From a virus (Duplodnaviria; Caudoviricetes): DNA of 64,000 bases. The stretch is from IMG/VR virus record IMGVR_UViG_3300037424_000723, positions 1 to 64,000 of that record. One strand, written 5' to 3'. Numbering within the stretch: the stretch's first letter is position 1; each line of letters begins with the position of its first letter. The notes under the pieces were generated by a model. The model was not told the DNA's origin. It worked only from the letters and a program-made list of their open reading frames with translations, and did not search any database. Below, in pieces: positions 45,842 through 54,464 of the stretch. Both the position numbers and the translations under genes were made by a program.

Positions 45842-46020
45842 AAATCCCCCAAAACATTCATAACGAATGATACTAAATCATCAGTAGTCCATTCGTCAAT
45901 TTTCACTTCTGGATTTTCAGCCAGCGACTTGATAATATCGTCAATATCTTCTACGTTGACGAATGGATATTTGATGCTCACAAGCCAGTGTACTTTTTTG
46001 AGTTTGAGTTGGTTTTTCAT
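45838..46020 (-). CDS. Hypothetical protein
   Basis: Coupled ORF. Confidence 0.55.
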   Translation of the reverse strand: MKNQLKLKKVHWLVSIKYPFVNVEDIDDIIKSLAENPEVKIDEWTTDDLVSFVMNVLGDL

Positions 46021-46229
46021 TAGTCCTCCAATTCATAACGCACTCGCACCCGTCGCCTGAAATAGGCAGCGAATTGGGTACGGGCATACTTGCTCACCCG
46101 TTCAGGATTGGTGAGCAACCGCTGAACAGTGTTGCGACCGAGGCTGGTCAAGTGGGGCAATTCAGCCCGACTTAAACCGGCCTCGTGTACCAGTTGCAAA
46201 AAGGGGTTAGCCGTTGGTTTGTGGCGCAT
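46020..46229 (-). CDS. XRE-like HTH protein
   Basis: AGLSRAELPHLTSLGRNTVQRLL. Confidence 0.6.
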   Translation of the reverse strand: MRHKPTANPFLQLVHEAGLSRAELPHLTSLGRNTVQRLLTNPERVSKYARTQFAAYFRRRVRVRYELED

Positions 46230-47043
46230 TGGACTTCTCAGCTATCCTTAATTCGGCGTGGGCAATAGCAGCAGCCAGATAATCAGCCCAGCCGCTTAAA
46301 TCCTTAGCTTCAGGAAAAACCACCCCTACCGCATTGTGTAAGCGACTGGCATTACCCTGGTAATAATCAACCCCCAGCGCCTTATCTACAGCCATCATAA
46401 CCAACTTGGGGCTATTTGGTATATCGGTAGGGGTTGCGCTGTGAGCCTGTTGAGGCGTAGCCTTTGCCTCACTCGGTTGACTAGCGGGTTGGGCCGGGCG
46501 GGGTTGCTCAATAGTTGCGGGGGCTTTTGTGGCCTGCTGTTTGGCCTGCTGAATTTCTCGCTGGACTTGCTGTGGATTGGCGGTATTTACCTCAGAATCG
46601 GAGTCGTATAAGTCCAGAGCGATACCCAGTAACGAGGCGCACTTTTTAAGCGCATCTGTGGCCGCGCCCTTATAGGCATCACCCAGGCTAACCGGGGCGC
46701 TGCCATCCTTTAACATCTCAATAGGCTGTGAGCCAAATTGCATCTTGGTGACTTCAACCTCACCAATGCGTACCGTTAGCTTGCCCCGGCAACGAGCCTC
46801 AAACGGACGTTCACCTATCCATAAGATTTCTTCGTGATCGGCCTCAAAACTCCAATTCCAGCTAAACGCCTCGTTAAGTGTGCGGATGACATAAGCGCCA
46901 TCGGTATATAAAAGGTTTTTACCACCGCGCCCAGACCGGACTCTAATTTCCTGCTTGGGGGTTTGCTGGGTAAACATCTGCCTCAAAGCTTCTGAGGCCA
47001 TAATACTATTATTACCAGTTGTCGTTAATTCGTTGCTCATCAT
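46207..47043 (-). CDS. sak: Rad52/Rad22-like (Sak) single-strand annealing protein
   Basis: LLYTDGAYVIRTLNEAF...WSFE...KGAATDALKKCASLLGIALDLY. Confidence 0.9.
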   Translation of the reverse strand: MMSNELTTTGNNSIMASEALRQMFTQQTPKQEIRVRSGRGGKNLLYTDGAYVIRTLNEAFSWNWSFEADHEEILWIGERPFEARCRGKLTVRIGEVEVTKMQFGSQPIEMLKDGSAPVSLGDAYKGAATDALKKCASLLGIALDLYDSDSEVNTANPQQVQREIQQAKQQATKAPATIEQPRPAQPASQPSEAKATPQQAHSATPTDIPNSPKLVMMAVDKALGVDYYQGNASRLHNAVGVVFPEAKDLSGWADYLAAAIAHAELRIAEKSNAPQTNG

Positions 47044-47315
47044 TCCTCACTTTTTCGCAGTTCAAATAAAATATTGATTAAGTCAATCAAAAATTCTCCG
47101 CTATCTCCATCGCCCCCAAAGTCAAGGCCCAACGAGTCGCTGTATAGTAACCAATCCAAAGCAGCTATTTCGCGGGCCATATTTTCGGCCTCTGTGGAAC
47201 GTTCCTGCCCGCGTTCCCATCTGGCACTGAGGTCGTAATCAATACCAGACTTTTGCAGGCGGGCCGCCATTTGATGATGACTGTCTATGACGGGCTGATT
47301 TACAAATGCCATCAT
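47040..47315 (-). CDS. Hypothetical protein
   Basis: RBS GAGGA. Confidence 0.65.
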   Translation of the reverse strand: MMAFVNQPVIDSHHQMAARLQKSGIDYDLSARWERGQERSTEAENMAREIAALDWLLYSDSLGLDFGGDGDSGEFLIDLINILFELRKSEE

Positions 47316-47325
47316 TCCTCACTTT

Positions 47326-47568
47326 CTATCTATCACCATAATTAGACGGATGGCCCGGATGCCAACTCATATCATCTTCGTCATCGGCATAGGATTCATA
47401 ATCATCTTCCTCTGGCGTGCCATCGGGTAATATGTTTCTTGTCCCTTTACACTCAGGATAAGTAGAGCAACCCCAAAACTTCTTGTCATCAGACCGGCGA
47501 GTCCTGAGTACCATATCTTCATAACACTCTGGACACTTAGGAACGGGGATTGTGCGAATATTCATCAT
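47326..47568 (-). CDS. Topoisomerase-type C4 zinc-ribbon protein with acidic tail
   Basis: CPECYEDMVLR...FWGCSTYPECKGT. Confidence 0.88.
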   Translation of the reverse strand: MMNIRTIPVPKCPECYEDMVLRTRRSDDKKFWGCSTYPECKGTRNILPDGTPEEDDYESYADDEDDMSWHPGHPSNYGDR

Positions 47569-48122
47569 TCCTCACTTAGTAAACGAATCCAAGTTTCAGC
47601 CCTTGTGATTCTACCAATAGTTGACATGGTTATACCAAACTTCATTGATAACTCCTTGTGGGTAGTGTTGCCTTTTCTGTATTCATTATAAACATCAAGA
47701 ACAATATCACTCGTTAATTTCGTGGCGGGGTTTTTCTCGCCAAACAACCTTAATTCAGGATGCTTACGAAAACCACTTCTATCACCTGTTGCGTGATTCC
47801 CTCTTCCCCTGATCTCCCTATCTCTGGCATTTTCCTTTTCTGTTCCAAGATATAAATGTTCTGGATTAACGCAATTTCTAACATCGCACATATGAAGCAC
47901 ATGTAATCCGTTAACTATTGGGCCGTTGTGGATAAGCCAAGAAAACCTATGAACTATCAATGTTTTCTTCTTTGAGCTTATATGTCCGTATCCTTTACGT
48001 ATTTTTCTTCCTGTCCATACCCAACATGGTGTACCAACGTAGGGAACTATTGGCCCATATTTATTAACATTAGACCAAAATTTGGCAAGAACCACTTCAT
48101 CATAATATGGATTATAGATCAT
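47565..48122 (-). CDS. HNH homing endonuclease (HNH_3)
   Basis: KFWSNV...CWVWTG...VHRFSW...VLHMCDVRNCVNPEHLYLGT. Confidence 0.95.
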   Translation of the reverse strand: MIYNPYYDEVVLAKFWSNVNKYGPIVPYVGTPCWVWTGRKIRKGYGHISSKKKTLIVHRFSWLIHNGPIVNGLHVLHMCDVRNCVNPEHLYLGTEKENARDREIRGRGNHATGDRSGFRKHPELRLFGEKNPATKLTSDIVLDVYNEYRKGNTTHKELSMKFGITMSTIGRITRAETWIRLLSEE

Positions 48123-48129
48123 AATTATC

Positions 48130-48501
48130 CTAAAACGGGATTGAATCCAGAGCCGCCGCGCTCAACTCTGCAAACCGTTGATAGGCAGGGCCAGCGGGTA
48201 AGTCACGCGATTCGAGCTTGCCATCCCATACGACGCAAAAGGCCACATCAGGGCCGTACATGTATACATCGTTTGGCAGCAGGCTAACGTCGGTTTGCTC
48301 AGTTACCGGAGCTTGCCAGGCTTCGATAGCGGTAAGGTCTGTTACATCAAAAAGATTGGGGATAGTGGCTACGTCATTGGCATCATAGGGCAACCGAGCG
48401 TTATCATACCACGCCTCATTGTCACCCTGCTGGGGATCGTAGCCAACTTTATCAGCGAAAATATCATTGTCATTGTATTGAGTGGTCATCATTCCCCCCA
48501 C
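48130..48501 (-). CDS. Hypothetical acidic protein
   Basis: Coupled ORF. Confidence 0.6.
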   Translation of the reverse strand: MGGMMTTQYNDNDIFADKVGYDPQQGDNEAWYDNARLPYDANDVATIPNLFDVTDLTAIEAWQAPVTEQTDVSLLPNDVYMYGPDVAFCVVWDGKLESRDLPAGPAYQRFAELSAAALDSIPF

Positions 48502-48728
48502 GAATTAAATGGCATCGTTCGCATTGCGGAACGATTCTCATCTAATGTACTGATGGTAGACGCAAACAACACATTCAACTCTGCCAACTGTTGAGCGATA
48601 ACAATCATCGCTTGTGCTTGGGCGATAGCTGCACAAATCGCGGCTGCGTTAGGCTTTTCTACCTCTCCCGATAGAGACAATGCCGACTCTGTAAGGCCAA
48701 TTGCTTGATTTAATAATTCTGTGGTCAT
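48489..48728 (-). CDS. Hypothetical protein, first gene of the leftward operon
   Basis: RBS AGGAG. Confidence 0.7.
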   Translation of the reverse strand: MTTELLNQAIGLTESALSLSGEVEKPNAAAICAAIAQAQAMIVIAQQLAELNVLFASTISTLDENRSAMRTMPFNSWGE

Positions 48729-48767
48729 TGGTTAAGCTCCTGTTGCTAGTGGATTTGAATATACCTT

Positions 48768-48796
48768 ATAGTATCATACTTTTGTTTATTTGTCAA
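48768..48796 (-). promoter_or_regulatory. Leftward promoter
   Basis: TTGACA-17-TACTAT. Confidence 0.8.
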
Positions 48797-48823
48797 GCGT
48801 TAAATTATCAAAATTGTAACCAC

Positions 48824-48852
48824 TTGACAGATAAATATTATAGTGGTAAAAT
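48824..48852 (+). promoter_or_regulatory. Rightward promoter
   Basis: TTGACA-17-TAAAAT. Confidence 0.85.
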
Positions 48853-48874
48853 AATTGCGGAGGTAATATATTTT

Positions 48875-49099
48875 ATGAGCAAAAATCCATTAAAGGAATT
48901 GATTGACAGCCATTTAGGGTTAGCGCCCTACCGGGTAGCAGATGAGGCTGGTTTGACGCGGGGGGCCGTGTATCGTCTTTACCGGGCCGATGATTTACCC
49001 AACGCCGAAACCGATACACTAAAGGCTATAGCCTGGGTTTTAGGGCATCGGCTGGTTATTAGCTTTGAACCCGTCGAGAGCGATGACAATGGCAAGTGA
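48875..49099 (+). CDS. Cro/C1-type HTH regulator
   Basis: YRVADEAGLTRGAVYRL...TLKAIAWVLG; RBS GGAGG. Confidence 0.85.
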   Translation: MSKNPLKELIDSHLGLAPYRVADEAGLTRGAVYRLYRADDLPNAETDTLKAIAWVLGHRLVISFEPVESDDNGK

Positions 49100-49463
49100 T
49101 CTGACCGAAGTCCAAAAGGAATTAAAGCGGCAACAACGTCAAGCCCTGGTCAATCTGTTTGACACCCAATGGCGACGGCTAGGCGGCAAACCGCTAACGG
49201 CTGAATGGAAATTCCACCCTACCCGCAATTGGCGATTTGATAGGGCTAATATCCATCTAAAGATAGCAGTCGAGGTAGATGGGGGAACCTGGATTCAAGG
49301 GCGTCATACTTCTGGGGTTGGCTTTGCCAACGATTGCGAGAAGTTAAACAATGCCGCCCTGCTTGGTTGGCGCGTGTTTAGGTTTACCAGTGATATGCTG
49401 ACAAACGATCCGGCCAAACATTTGACGCCGGTTATCAGGCTTATACAGGAGCAAAGCAAATGA
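49089..49463 (+). CDS. PD-(D/E)XK (DUF559/Vsr-like) endonuclease
   Basis: EWKFHPTRNWRFD...IAVEVDGG...GRH...DCEKLN. Confidence 0.88.
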   Translation: MASDLTEVQKELKRQQRQALVNLFDTQWRRLGGKPLTAEWKFHPTRNWRFDRANIHLKIAVEVDGGTWIQGRHTSGVGFANDCEKLNNAALLGWRVFRFTSDMLTNDPAKHLTPVIRLIQEQSK

Positions 49464-49765
49464 CAACTCACTGGCAGGATGACCCGTATGAAGATAACTT
49501 TGATGACTATGACGAATGGGAGGATGAGGACGAAGATGAGGACATTTGGCCGCACGATTATGAGGATTACCCACCCGACTATGACGGATTTGAATATGAC
49601 GACGACCCCGTACCTCTAACTCTACTTGAGCGATTGCAAAACAAAATAGGCTGGATCTGCTGGCGTCTTGAGCATTGGTGGGATTATGGCCTGAATATGC
49701 GCCGATGCGGTGACTGTGGCAAACGTTATCGCTTTGGTAATCACGATCAATGTATACCGTTTTAA
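49460..49765 (+). CDS. Very acidic protein with C-terminal Zn ribbon
   Basis: D/E-rich N-terminus; CGDC...H..C. Confidence 0.65.
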   Translation: MTTHWQDDPYEDNFDDYDEWEDEDEDEDIWPHDYEDYPPDYDGFEYDDDPVPLTLLERLQNKIGWICWRLEHWWDYGLNMRRCGDCGKRYRFGNHDQCIPF

Positions 49766-49777
49766 GGAGTTGAATAA

Positions 49778-50491
49778 ATGACAACCCACTTCCAATACAC
49801 CACACGCGGCCTGATCGTAACCGGCAATCCAACTATAGAGGACTGGTTAGCTGAGTTTGGCGCACTTAAAACTAATGCCAAAGGGATGTATAGAAAAATA
49901 GGGGATATGCTAACCTGGGGTGAGTTAACCTATGGAGATTTGAGTCATCAGGTAAATGACAGTGATGATTGCGATGATCCTATTTTTAATCCTGGTACTC
50001 TCTACAATGCCAAGTGGGTATCTAGTAGATGGTGGCCGGTTGACCGGCGTATCTATGATTTACCCTGGTCATATTACCAAGAGACATCGGCCCTCAAGCC
50101 AGAACAGCAAGATTTAGTTATGGCAATGGCTGAGGCTAAAAAGTGGAATCGTGACCAGATACGGCTTGAGGTAGCTAAATATCAGCAGTTTAACGGCAAA
50201 AGGGATTACAAACCCCTGCGACCTGATGACATCATTTTTGACCAGCAGCAGAGATTACAAGCGTTACAAGAACAGATTGACCAGAAATCTCACGCGGCGT
50301 TAGATTCACAATCCCCCGCCGAATCCCCCATAACCTACGGCGGTACACTCCCCGATGGCAGCACCTTAACCGAATGGGAGCAAGATCAAATTAGGGCTAT
50401 TGGCGACGTGGCGAAAAATAACGGCTGGCTATCGGTAACGGTTTTTGAGGATGGCCGGTTTATGGTAGAACCTAAAAAGGACGGTGACTGA
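49778..50491 (+). CDS. LmbU-like DNA-binding phage protein
   Basis: IGDMLTWGE..YG...TLYNAKWVS...RR...LPWSYYQE. Confidence 0.55.
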   Translation: MTTHFQYTTRGLIVTGNPTIEDWLAEFGALKTNAKGMYRKIGDMLTWGELTYGDLSHQVNDSDDCDDPIFNPGTLYNAKWVSSRWWPVDRRIYDLPWSYYQETSALKPEQQDLVMAMAEAKKWNRDQIRLEVAKYQQFNGKRDYKPLRPDDIIFDQQQRLQALQEQIDQKSHAALDSQSPAESPITYGGTLPDGSTLTEWEQDQIRAIGDVAKNNGWLSVTVFEDGRFMVEPKKDGD

Positions 50492-50700
50492 TGGCACAAG
50501 TAAAACACGAGGTTACTTTTGATGGCATCCTATTTGATAGCGAGGCTGATTTAATAAACTTTCTCAAACATTCGTATTTTGCCAATAAATCCAGCGAAAA
50601 GACATTACGGGCTGATTTAGACAAATTATCTAAGAAAGTAAAAAGGTTATCGTTTGCAATAACAACGGGTGCATATAATCCTAAAAAGGACGGTGAGTGA
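50491..50700 (+). CDS. Hypothetical protein
   Basis: Coupled ORF. Confidence 0.6.
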   Translation: MAQVKHEVTFDGILFDSEADLINFLKHSYFANKSSEKTLRADLDKLSKKVKRLSFAITTGAYNPKKDGE

Positions 50701-50891
50701 TGGATGAAAAAATAGTAGTATTTATCGTAAATGATGAGCAATTTGGCCAGATTATCGCCCCGACCGTTGAGGGGGTGCTGGCCTATCTCAAAAGCTATCT
50801 GGCCGAATTGCCGGATGGATGTGAGATTGTTTTCGAGATAAAACGTCGGGATATGACGCTGGACGAAATAGATAAAGCGGCGGTAGTGTGA
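50697..50891 (+). CDS. Hypothetical protein
   Basis: Coupled ORF. Confidence 0.6.
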   Translation: MMDEKIVVFIVNDEQFGQIIAPTVEGVLAYLKSYLAELPDGCEIVFEIKRRDMTLDEIDKAAVV

Positions 50892-50892
50892 C

Positions 50893-51108
50893 ATGGCACA
50901 AGAAACTAAATGGTGTATAGCTAGTTGTAAAAAGAACGAAATAGCCCTGGCCCTAATTATTGATGGCATCCCGCAAGATTTATTGTGGTTGGCCGTACAA
51001 GAGGATGCTCAGGAATGGTTTGATAAATACTGGCAATGGCAAACTACACGGTGCCCGTTTTTGCCAAAGGAGATACAATGCCACCCTGTAACCGTGCCTA
51101 CTTCCTGA
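50893..51108 (+). CDS. Hypothetical protein
   Basis: Adjacent ORF. Confidence 0.55.
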   Translation: MAQETKWCIASCKKNEIALALIIDGIPQDLLWLAVQEDAQEWFDKYWQWQTTRCPFLPKEIQCHPVTVPTS

Positions 51109-51220
51109 CACCCTCAGCCGCCTATCGTTGCCTTGAAATCCTGGACGCGCTGGGTTGGCTATCGGGTGAATGGAGACCGGTCAAGTGCGAGTGTGGGAAG
51201 TGGCATTGTGAGTGTGTAAG

Positions 51221-51475
51221 ATGACCGAACTAACCCCCGCCAAAATCCATAGTCAACTCGCCTGGTTATCCCGTTACCGACGCGGCTTGTGTCGTGATTA
51301 TACCGCTGCCCACCTTGCCAGCGACGAAACCGAGATGCACAGCATCAGGGCCGAGTATCGGTTGATCGGTAACTTGATGGCTAAGTTGCGAGGCGAGTTG
51401 AGGGAATTTGAGGCATTGCAGAGTGAGCAGGTGGCGGCAGTTGTGTTTGTAGAGGAGTTACTAAATTTAAGTTGA
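51221..51475 (+). CDS. Hypothetical coiled-coil protein
   Basis: ATG at 51221. Confidence 0.55.
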   Translation: MTELTPAKIHSQLAWLSRYRRGLCRDYTAAHLASDETEMHSIRAEYRLIGNLMAKLRGELREFEALQSEQVAAVVFVEELLNLS

Positions 51476-51543
51476 CAACGCCTCAGTTATCGGTTATAGT
51501 TGATAGATTGAGGATTGACAAAATTTAAGAAGTAGAGTATCAT
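51472..51543 (+). promoter_or_regulatory. Tandem promoters
   Basis: TTGACA-17-TATAGT and TTGACA-17-TATCAT. Confidence 0.85.
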
Positions 51544-51549
51544 TATGAT

Positions 51550-51722
51550 TAACAACCGCGTGGGGGTGACGCCCCACCTTAAGCGGAAAAGAATAAGTGG
51601 TAGAGATAAAAAGAAAACCCTTGAGTTTTTTGTCAAGGCTATTAAGTAGGACACCGGGCCGTCAACCCGGTCTCTACCCAAAAGCCGAAAGATAGCCTTG
51701 ACAAAGGATTTGAGGGTTTTTT
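51550..51722 (+). promoter_or_regulatory. Structured leader/attenuator 3
   Basis: 14-bp TTTGTCAAGGCTAT/ATAGCCTTGACAAA stem extended by AAAACCCT/AGGGTTTT with T-run; inner ACCGGG/CCCGGT stem. Confidence 0.7.
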
Positions 51723-51728
51723 AATTCT

Positions 51729-52469
51729 ATGTCAACTTCAAAGCTACAAAAACAGGTAAAGCAGCAATTGTTTAATTATTTTTACCATTACCACATTGAA
51801 GAAAATTACCGTCCCGATTGGCTTATGTATCAAAACGGCAACAACCTAGAGATTGATTTTTACATAGAAAGATTAAGCGTAGCAATTGAAGTGCAAGGTG
51901 AGCAACACTTTATTTACAGTCCGTTTTTTCATAATAGCTATGATGATTTTATAGCCCAGACGAATCGGGATAAATTCAAGAAAAATATCTGCCAAGAAAA
52001 GGGTATAGTTTTTATAGAAATATCATCCCCAAGTCAGATAGATAGATGTCTTGAAAAACTACTATTGATTGAAAATAACCCAAAGGAACTAAGTCACGCA
52101 TTGTTTGATAAAAAACTAAAATCAATGGTAAATGCCTTATCAAAAAGTGAACAATGCTATTTTAATTTCAATGGGATATGCAAGACGTATGAAGAAATAA
52201 AGCCCTTACTTAAAGACTACAAAAGCATGCATGGAGACACACCTGAAAGAAGAGAACTAAGAATCCTTATCGGGCGCAAATTATCCAAAATAAACTCAAA
52301 ACTAATTCATCTTAAAAAATCTAAAAACGATAACGAGGTATCCGGTCTAGCTAAAGAATTATGGGACAAATTAAACAGTACCGGAATGTTTTTTGTATTC
52401 AAAAAATTCAAACCAAAACGCCCCGACAAATCTGAGAGTAACTTTTTCTCTCAGTTGATTTACAAGTAA
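51729..52469 (+). CDS. Vsr/PD-(D/E)XK-like free-standing endonuclease
   Basis: LEIDFYIERLSVAIEVQGEQH...RDKFKKNICQEKGI. Confidence 0.85.
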   Translation: MSTSKLQKQVKQQLFNYFYHYHIEENYRPDWLMYQNGNNLEIDFYIERLSVAIEVQGEQHFIYSPFFHNSYDDFIAQTNRDKFKKNICQEKGIVFIEISSPSQIDRCLEKLLLIENNPKELSHALFDKKLKSMVNALSKSEQCYFNFNGICKTYEEIKPLLKDYKSMHGDTPERRELRILIGRKLSKINSKLIHLKKSKNDNEVSGLAKELWDKLNSTGMFFVFKKFKPKRPDKSESNFFSQLIYK

Positions 52470-52480
52470 GGGCGTTTTTT
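52416..52480 (+). terminator. Long terminator hairpin overlapping the nuclease 3' end
   Basis: AAACGCCC/GGGCGTTT, AAATC/GATTT and TGAGAG/CTCTCA stems followed by a T-run. Confidence 0.7.
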
Positions 52481-52502
52481 ATTTCCTGCAAAGGGTAGAT
52501 AA

Positions 52503-52739
52503 ATGACAAAAAGCATCTGGCTCGAAAATGGTATTCATATGGATTTATCGGATGATGCCACCGCTGAAGATGTAGCCACTATCAAGGCATATGCCGATAA
52601 ATTGATAGTAGAGACACGCAAGCGCAAAGCGGCATTTAATCACGCCTGGGAAGCTGCACAGGCAACGGGTGACAAAGAAGCGGCCTGGAAGTGGTTCGAT
52701 ACCGGCTGTGATTGGATAAGCCAGAGGCAGGCACAATGA
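52503..52739 (+). CDS. Hypothetical protein
   Basis: RBS AAGGG. Confidence 0.65.
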   Translation: MTKSIWLENGIHMDLSDDATAEDVATIKAYADKLIVETRKRKAAFNHAWEAAQATGDKEAAWKWFDTGCDWISQRQAQ

Positions 52740-52882
52740 GCCTCATTAAAAAGCTATTCCGCACTCCCGCCCCTAAGCCCCGCCGCACTTGCAGCCCATT
52801 CGCCGGTATGTCAACGGGTGCGAGGTTGGATGCCTGCCTGCTGCTGGGTTGGTATGATCCGCGAATATTCGAGGGATGGTGA

Positions 52883-53080
52883 GTGATGACACTTAACGAA
52901 AAGATCAAATCCATTATGGATGATGTTGAAAAAATCAAGGGCGCTGAGTTTTGTGTACCTGATAACAATTGTGGCGTGTTCGTTTTGCCGAATGGGGAAC
53001 ACATAGAAATATGTGGCGGCGATTTACTGATTGCCCTGTGCCAACTTTTGGGCATCAAAATAGAATGGGATTTGGGGTGA
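52883..53080 (+). CDS. Hypothetical protein
   Basis: RBS GGTGAG. Confidence 0.55.
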   Translation: MMTLNEKIKSIMDDVEKIKGAEFCVPDNNCGVFVLPNGEHIEICGGDLLIALCQLLGIKIEWDLG

Positions 53081-53138
53081 TGGGCATCTGGCAACTCAAA
53101 GTTGAGGATTGACTATGGCAACGAAAGGATAACCAACA

Positions 53139-53342
53139 ATGAACCAACCGCAATACCCACCAATCAACCTATCCTCTGAGCTTACCCAAGCTCTGGCAAT
53201 GGAGGAATACCACCGAGATCAACTCATCTGGTGGAAGTCACGCCGGGAATTTTTAGAAACACAACTACCCATCAATAACCCCTTTTACGACTTTATACAG
53301 GAGATTCCCGACAATGACAACACAGAGACTATCAAGGGCTGA
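53139..53342 (+). CDS. Hypothetical protein
   Basis: RBS AAGGA. Confidence 0.6.
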   Translation: MNQPQYPPINLSSELTQALAMEEYHRDQLIWWKSRREFLETQLPINNPFYDFIQEIPDNDNTETIKG

Positions 53343-54237
53343 TATTGCATCTCTACCGAATTACAAATCCAAAGGCAAAACGGAGAAAGAGTTTAGCTCT
53401 GCCTGCCCTCAATGCGGTGGGGTTGACCGTTTTTTGTACTGGCCGGATAAAGGTAATTTTTATTGTCGGCGCTGTGAGTTGTCAGGATTCGTTTTAGAGA
53501 CTGACCAACGCTTAATAACTGATGAGCAACGTGAAGCCTGGAAAAGAGCTAACAACGAGCGCAGACTAAAGGATATAGAGGCGCGGTTATCGGCCATAGA
53601 ACGGTTGCAAAAGCAGGTTGACCGCGTTCATTGGTATCATAGCCAGGTAAGTCAGGCCCTTGACTACTGGTATTCACAGGGGTTACAGGACAGCACAATT
53701 GAGGCGTTTTGTCTGGGATATTGTCCAGCCTGCCCTATTGAGCCAGAATCGCCCTCGTATGTCATCCCCTATTTTCAGTCCAAGCAGTTAATCAATTTGC
53801 GCCACAGATTGCAATTCCCGAATGGGCACGGCAAGTATCGCCCTGAGTTTGCCGGCCTGGGTAATCAGATTTTTAACCTTGATACGCTCAGTATTGATTT
53901 CGACTTTGGACTACTTGATGAAAATGAAGTGGTGATCGTGGAGGGTGAAGTCAAAACAATGGTACTCGAACAGGCCGGATTTAAGACCGTTGGCATACCT
54001 GGGGCGAATAGTTGGCAGGAAGATTGGGGCAAGGCCCTAAAGGGCATTAGTCGGGCTTATGTCTGCCTTGACCCTGGTACCAATGGGCAAGCCGATAAAA
54101 TAGCAATGTCACTCAAGGGATACAACATAGAAGGGTTAGTATGTCGAGTGCCCGTTAAGCCGGATGACATGCTCACACTCTACGGTGGTAGTCCAATGGA
54201 CTTATTAGGATTCATTAAACAGGGACGGCGGGTTTGA
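53314..54237 (+). CDS. DNA primase (Zn ribbon plus TOPRIM)
   Basis: ACPQCGGVDRF...FYCRRC; VIVEGEVKT...GIPGA...CLDP. Confidence 0.92.
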   Translation: MTTQRLSRADIASLPNYKSKGKTEKEFSSACPQCGGVDRFLYWPDKGNFYCRRCELSGFVLETDQRLITDEQREAWKRANNERRLKDIEARLSAIERLQKQVDRVHWYHSQVSQALDYWYSQGLQDSTIEAFCLGYCPACPIEPESPSYVIPYFQSKQLINLRHRLQFPNGHGKYRPEFAGLGNQIFNLDTLSIDFDFGLLDENEVVIVEGEVKTMVLEQAGFKTVGIPGANSWQEDWGKALKGISRAYVCLDPGTNGQADKIAMSLKGYNIEGLVCRVPVKPDDMLTLYGGSPMDLLGFIKQGRRV

Positions 54238-54240
54238 GGG

Positions 54241-54269
54241 TTGCAATTTTAGGGGATAGGTGATATAAT
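54241..54269 (+). promoter_or_regulatory. Promoter
   Basis: TTGCAA-17-TATAAT with extended TG. Confidence 0.85.
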
Positions 54270-54342
54270 GGATTTAATTAAATCGTATCCAATTGAGATA
54301 CAAAACCAATGCCATTTAACCCTTTGGCCGGGGTTGGCTAGG

Positions 54343-54461
54343 TAACGATAGCGCAAACAGCACTCCTGTTTTTATATGGGTGTTGGATTTGTAAGCAGTT
54401 TTTGCGCTATCGTTATGCTTACAAGGCCAGCCAACATCCGTATAAGAATGGGAGTTTTTTT
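54343..54461 (+). promoter_or_regulatory. Structured leader/attenuator 4
   Basis: 15-bp IR 54343-54357/54401-54415, with the second half inside the loop of hairpin 54362-54397/54416-54455, followed by T7. Confidence 0.75.
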
Positions 54462-54464
54462 ATT

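Noticed and set aside
49500-49620. GAY/GAR-rich low-complexity tract as a DNA repeat array
   Set aside because: It encodes the acidic stretch of a protein and has no fixed repeat unit
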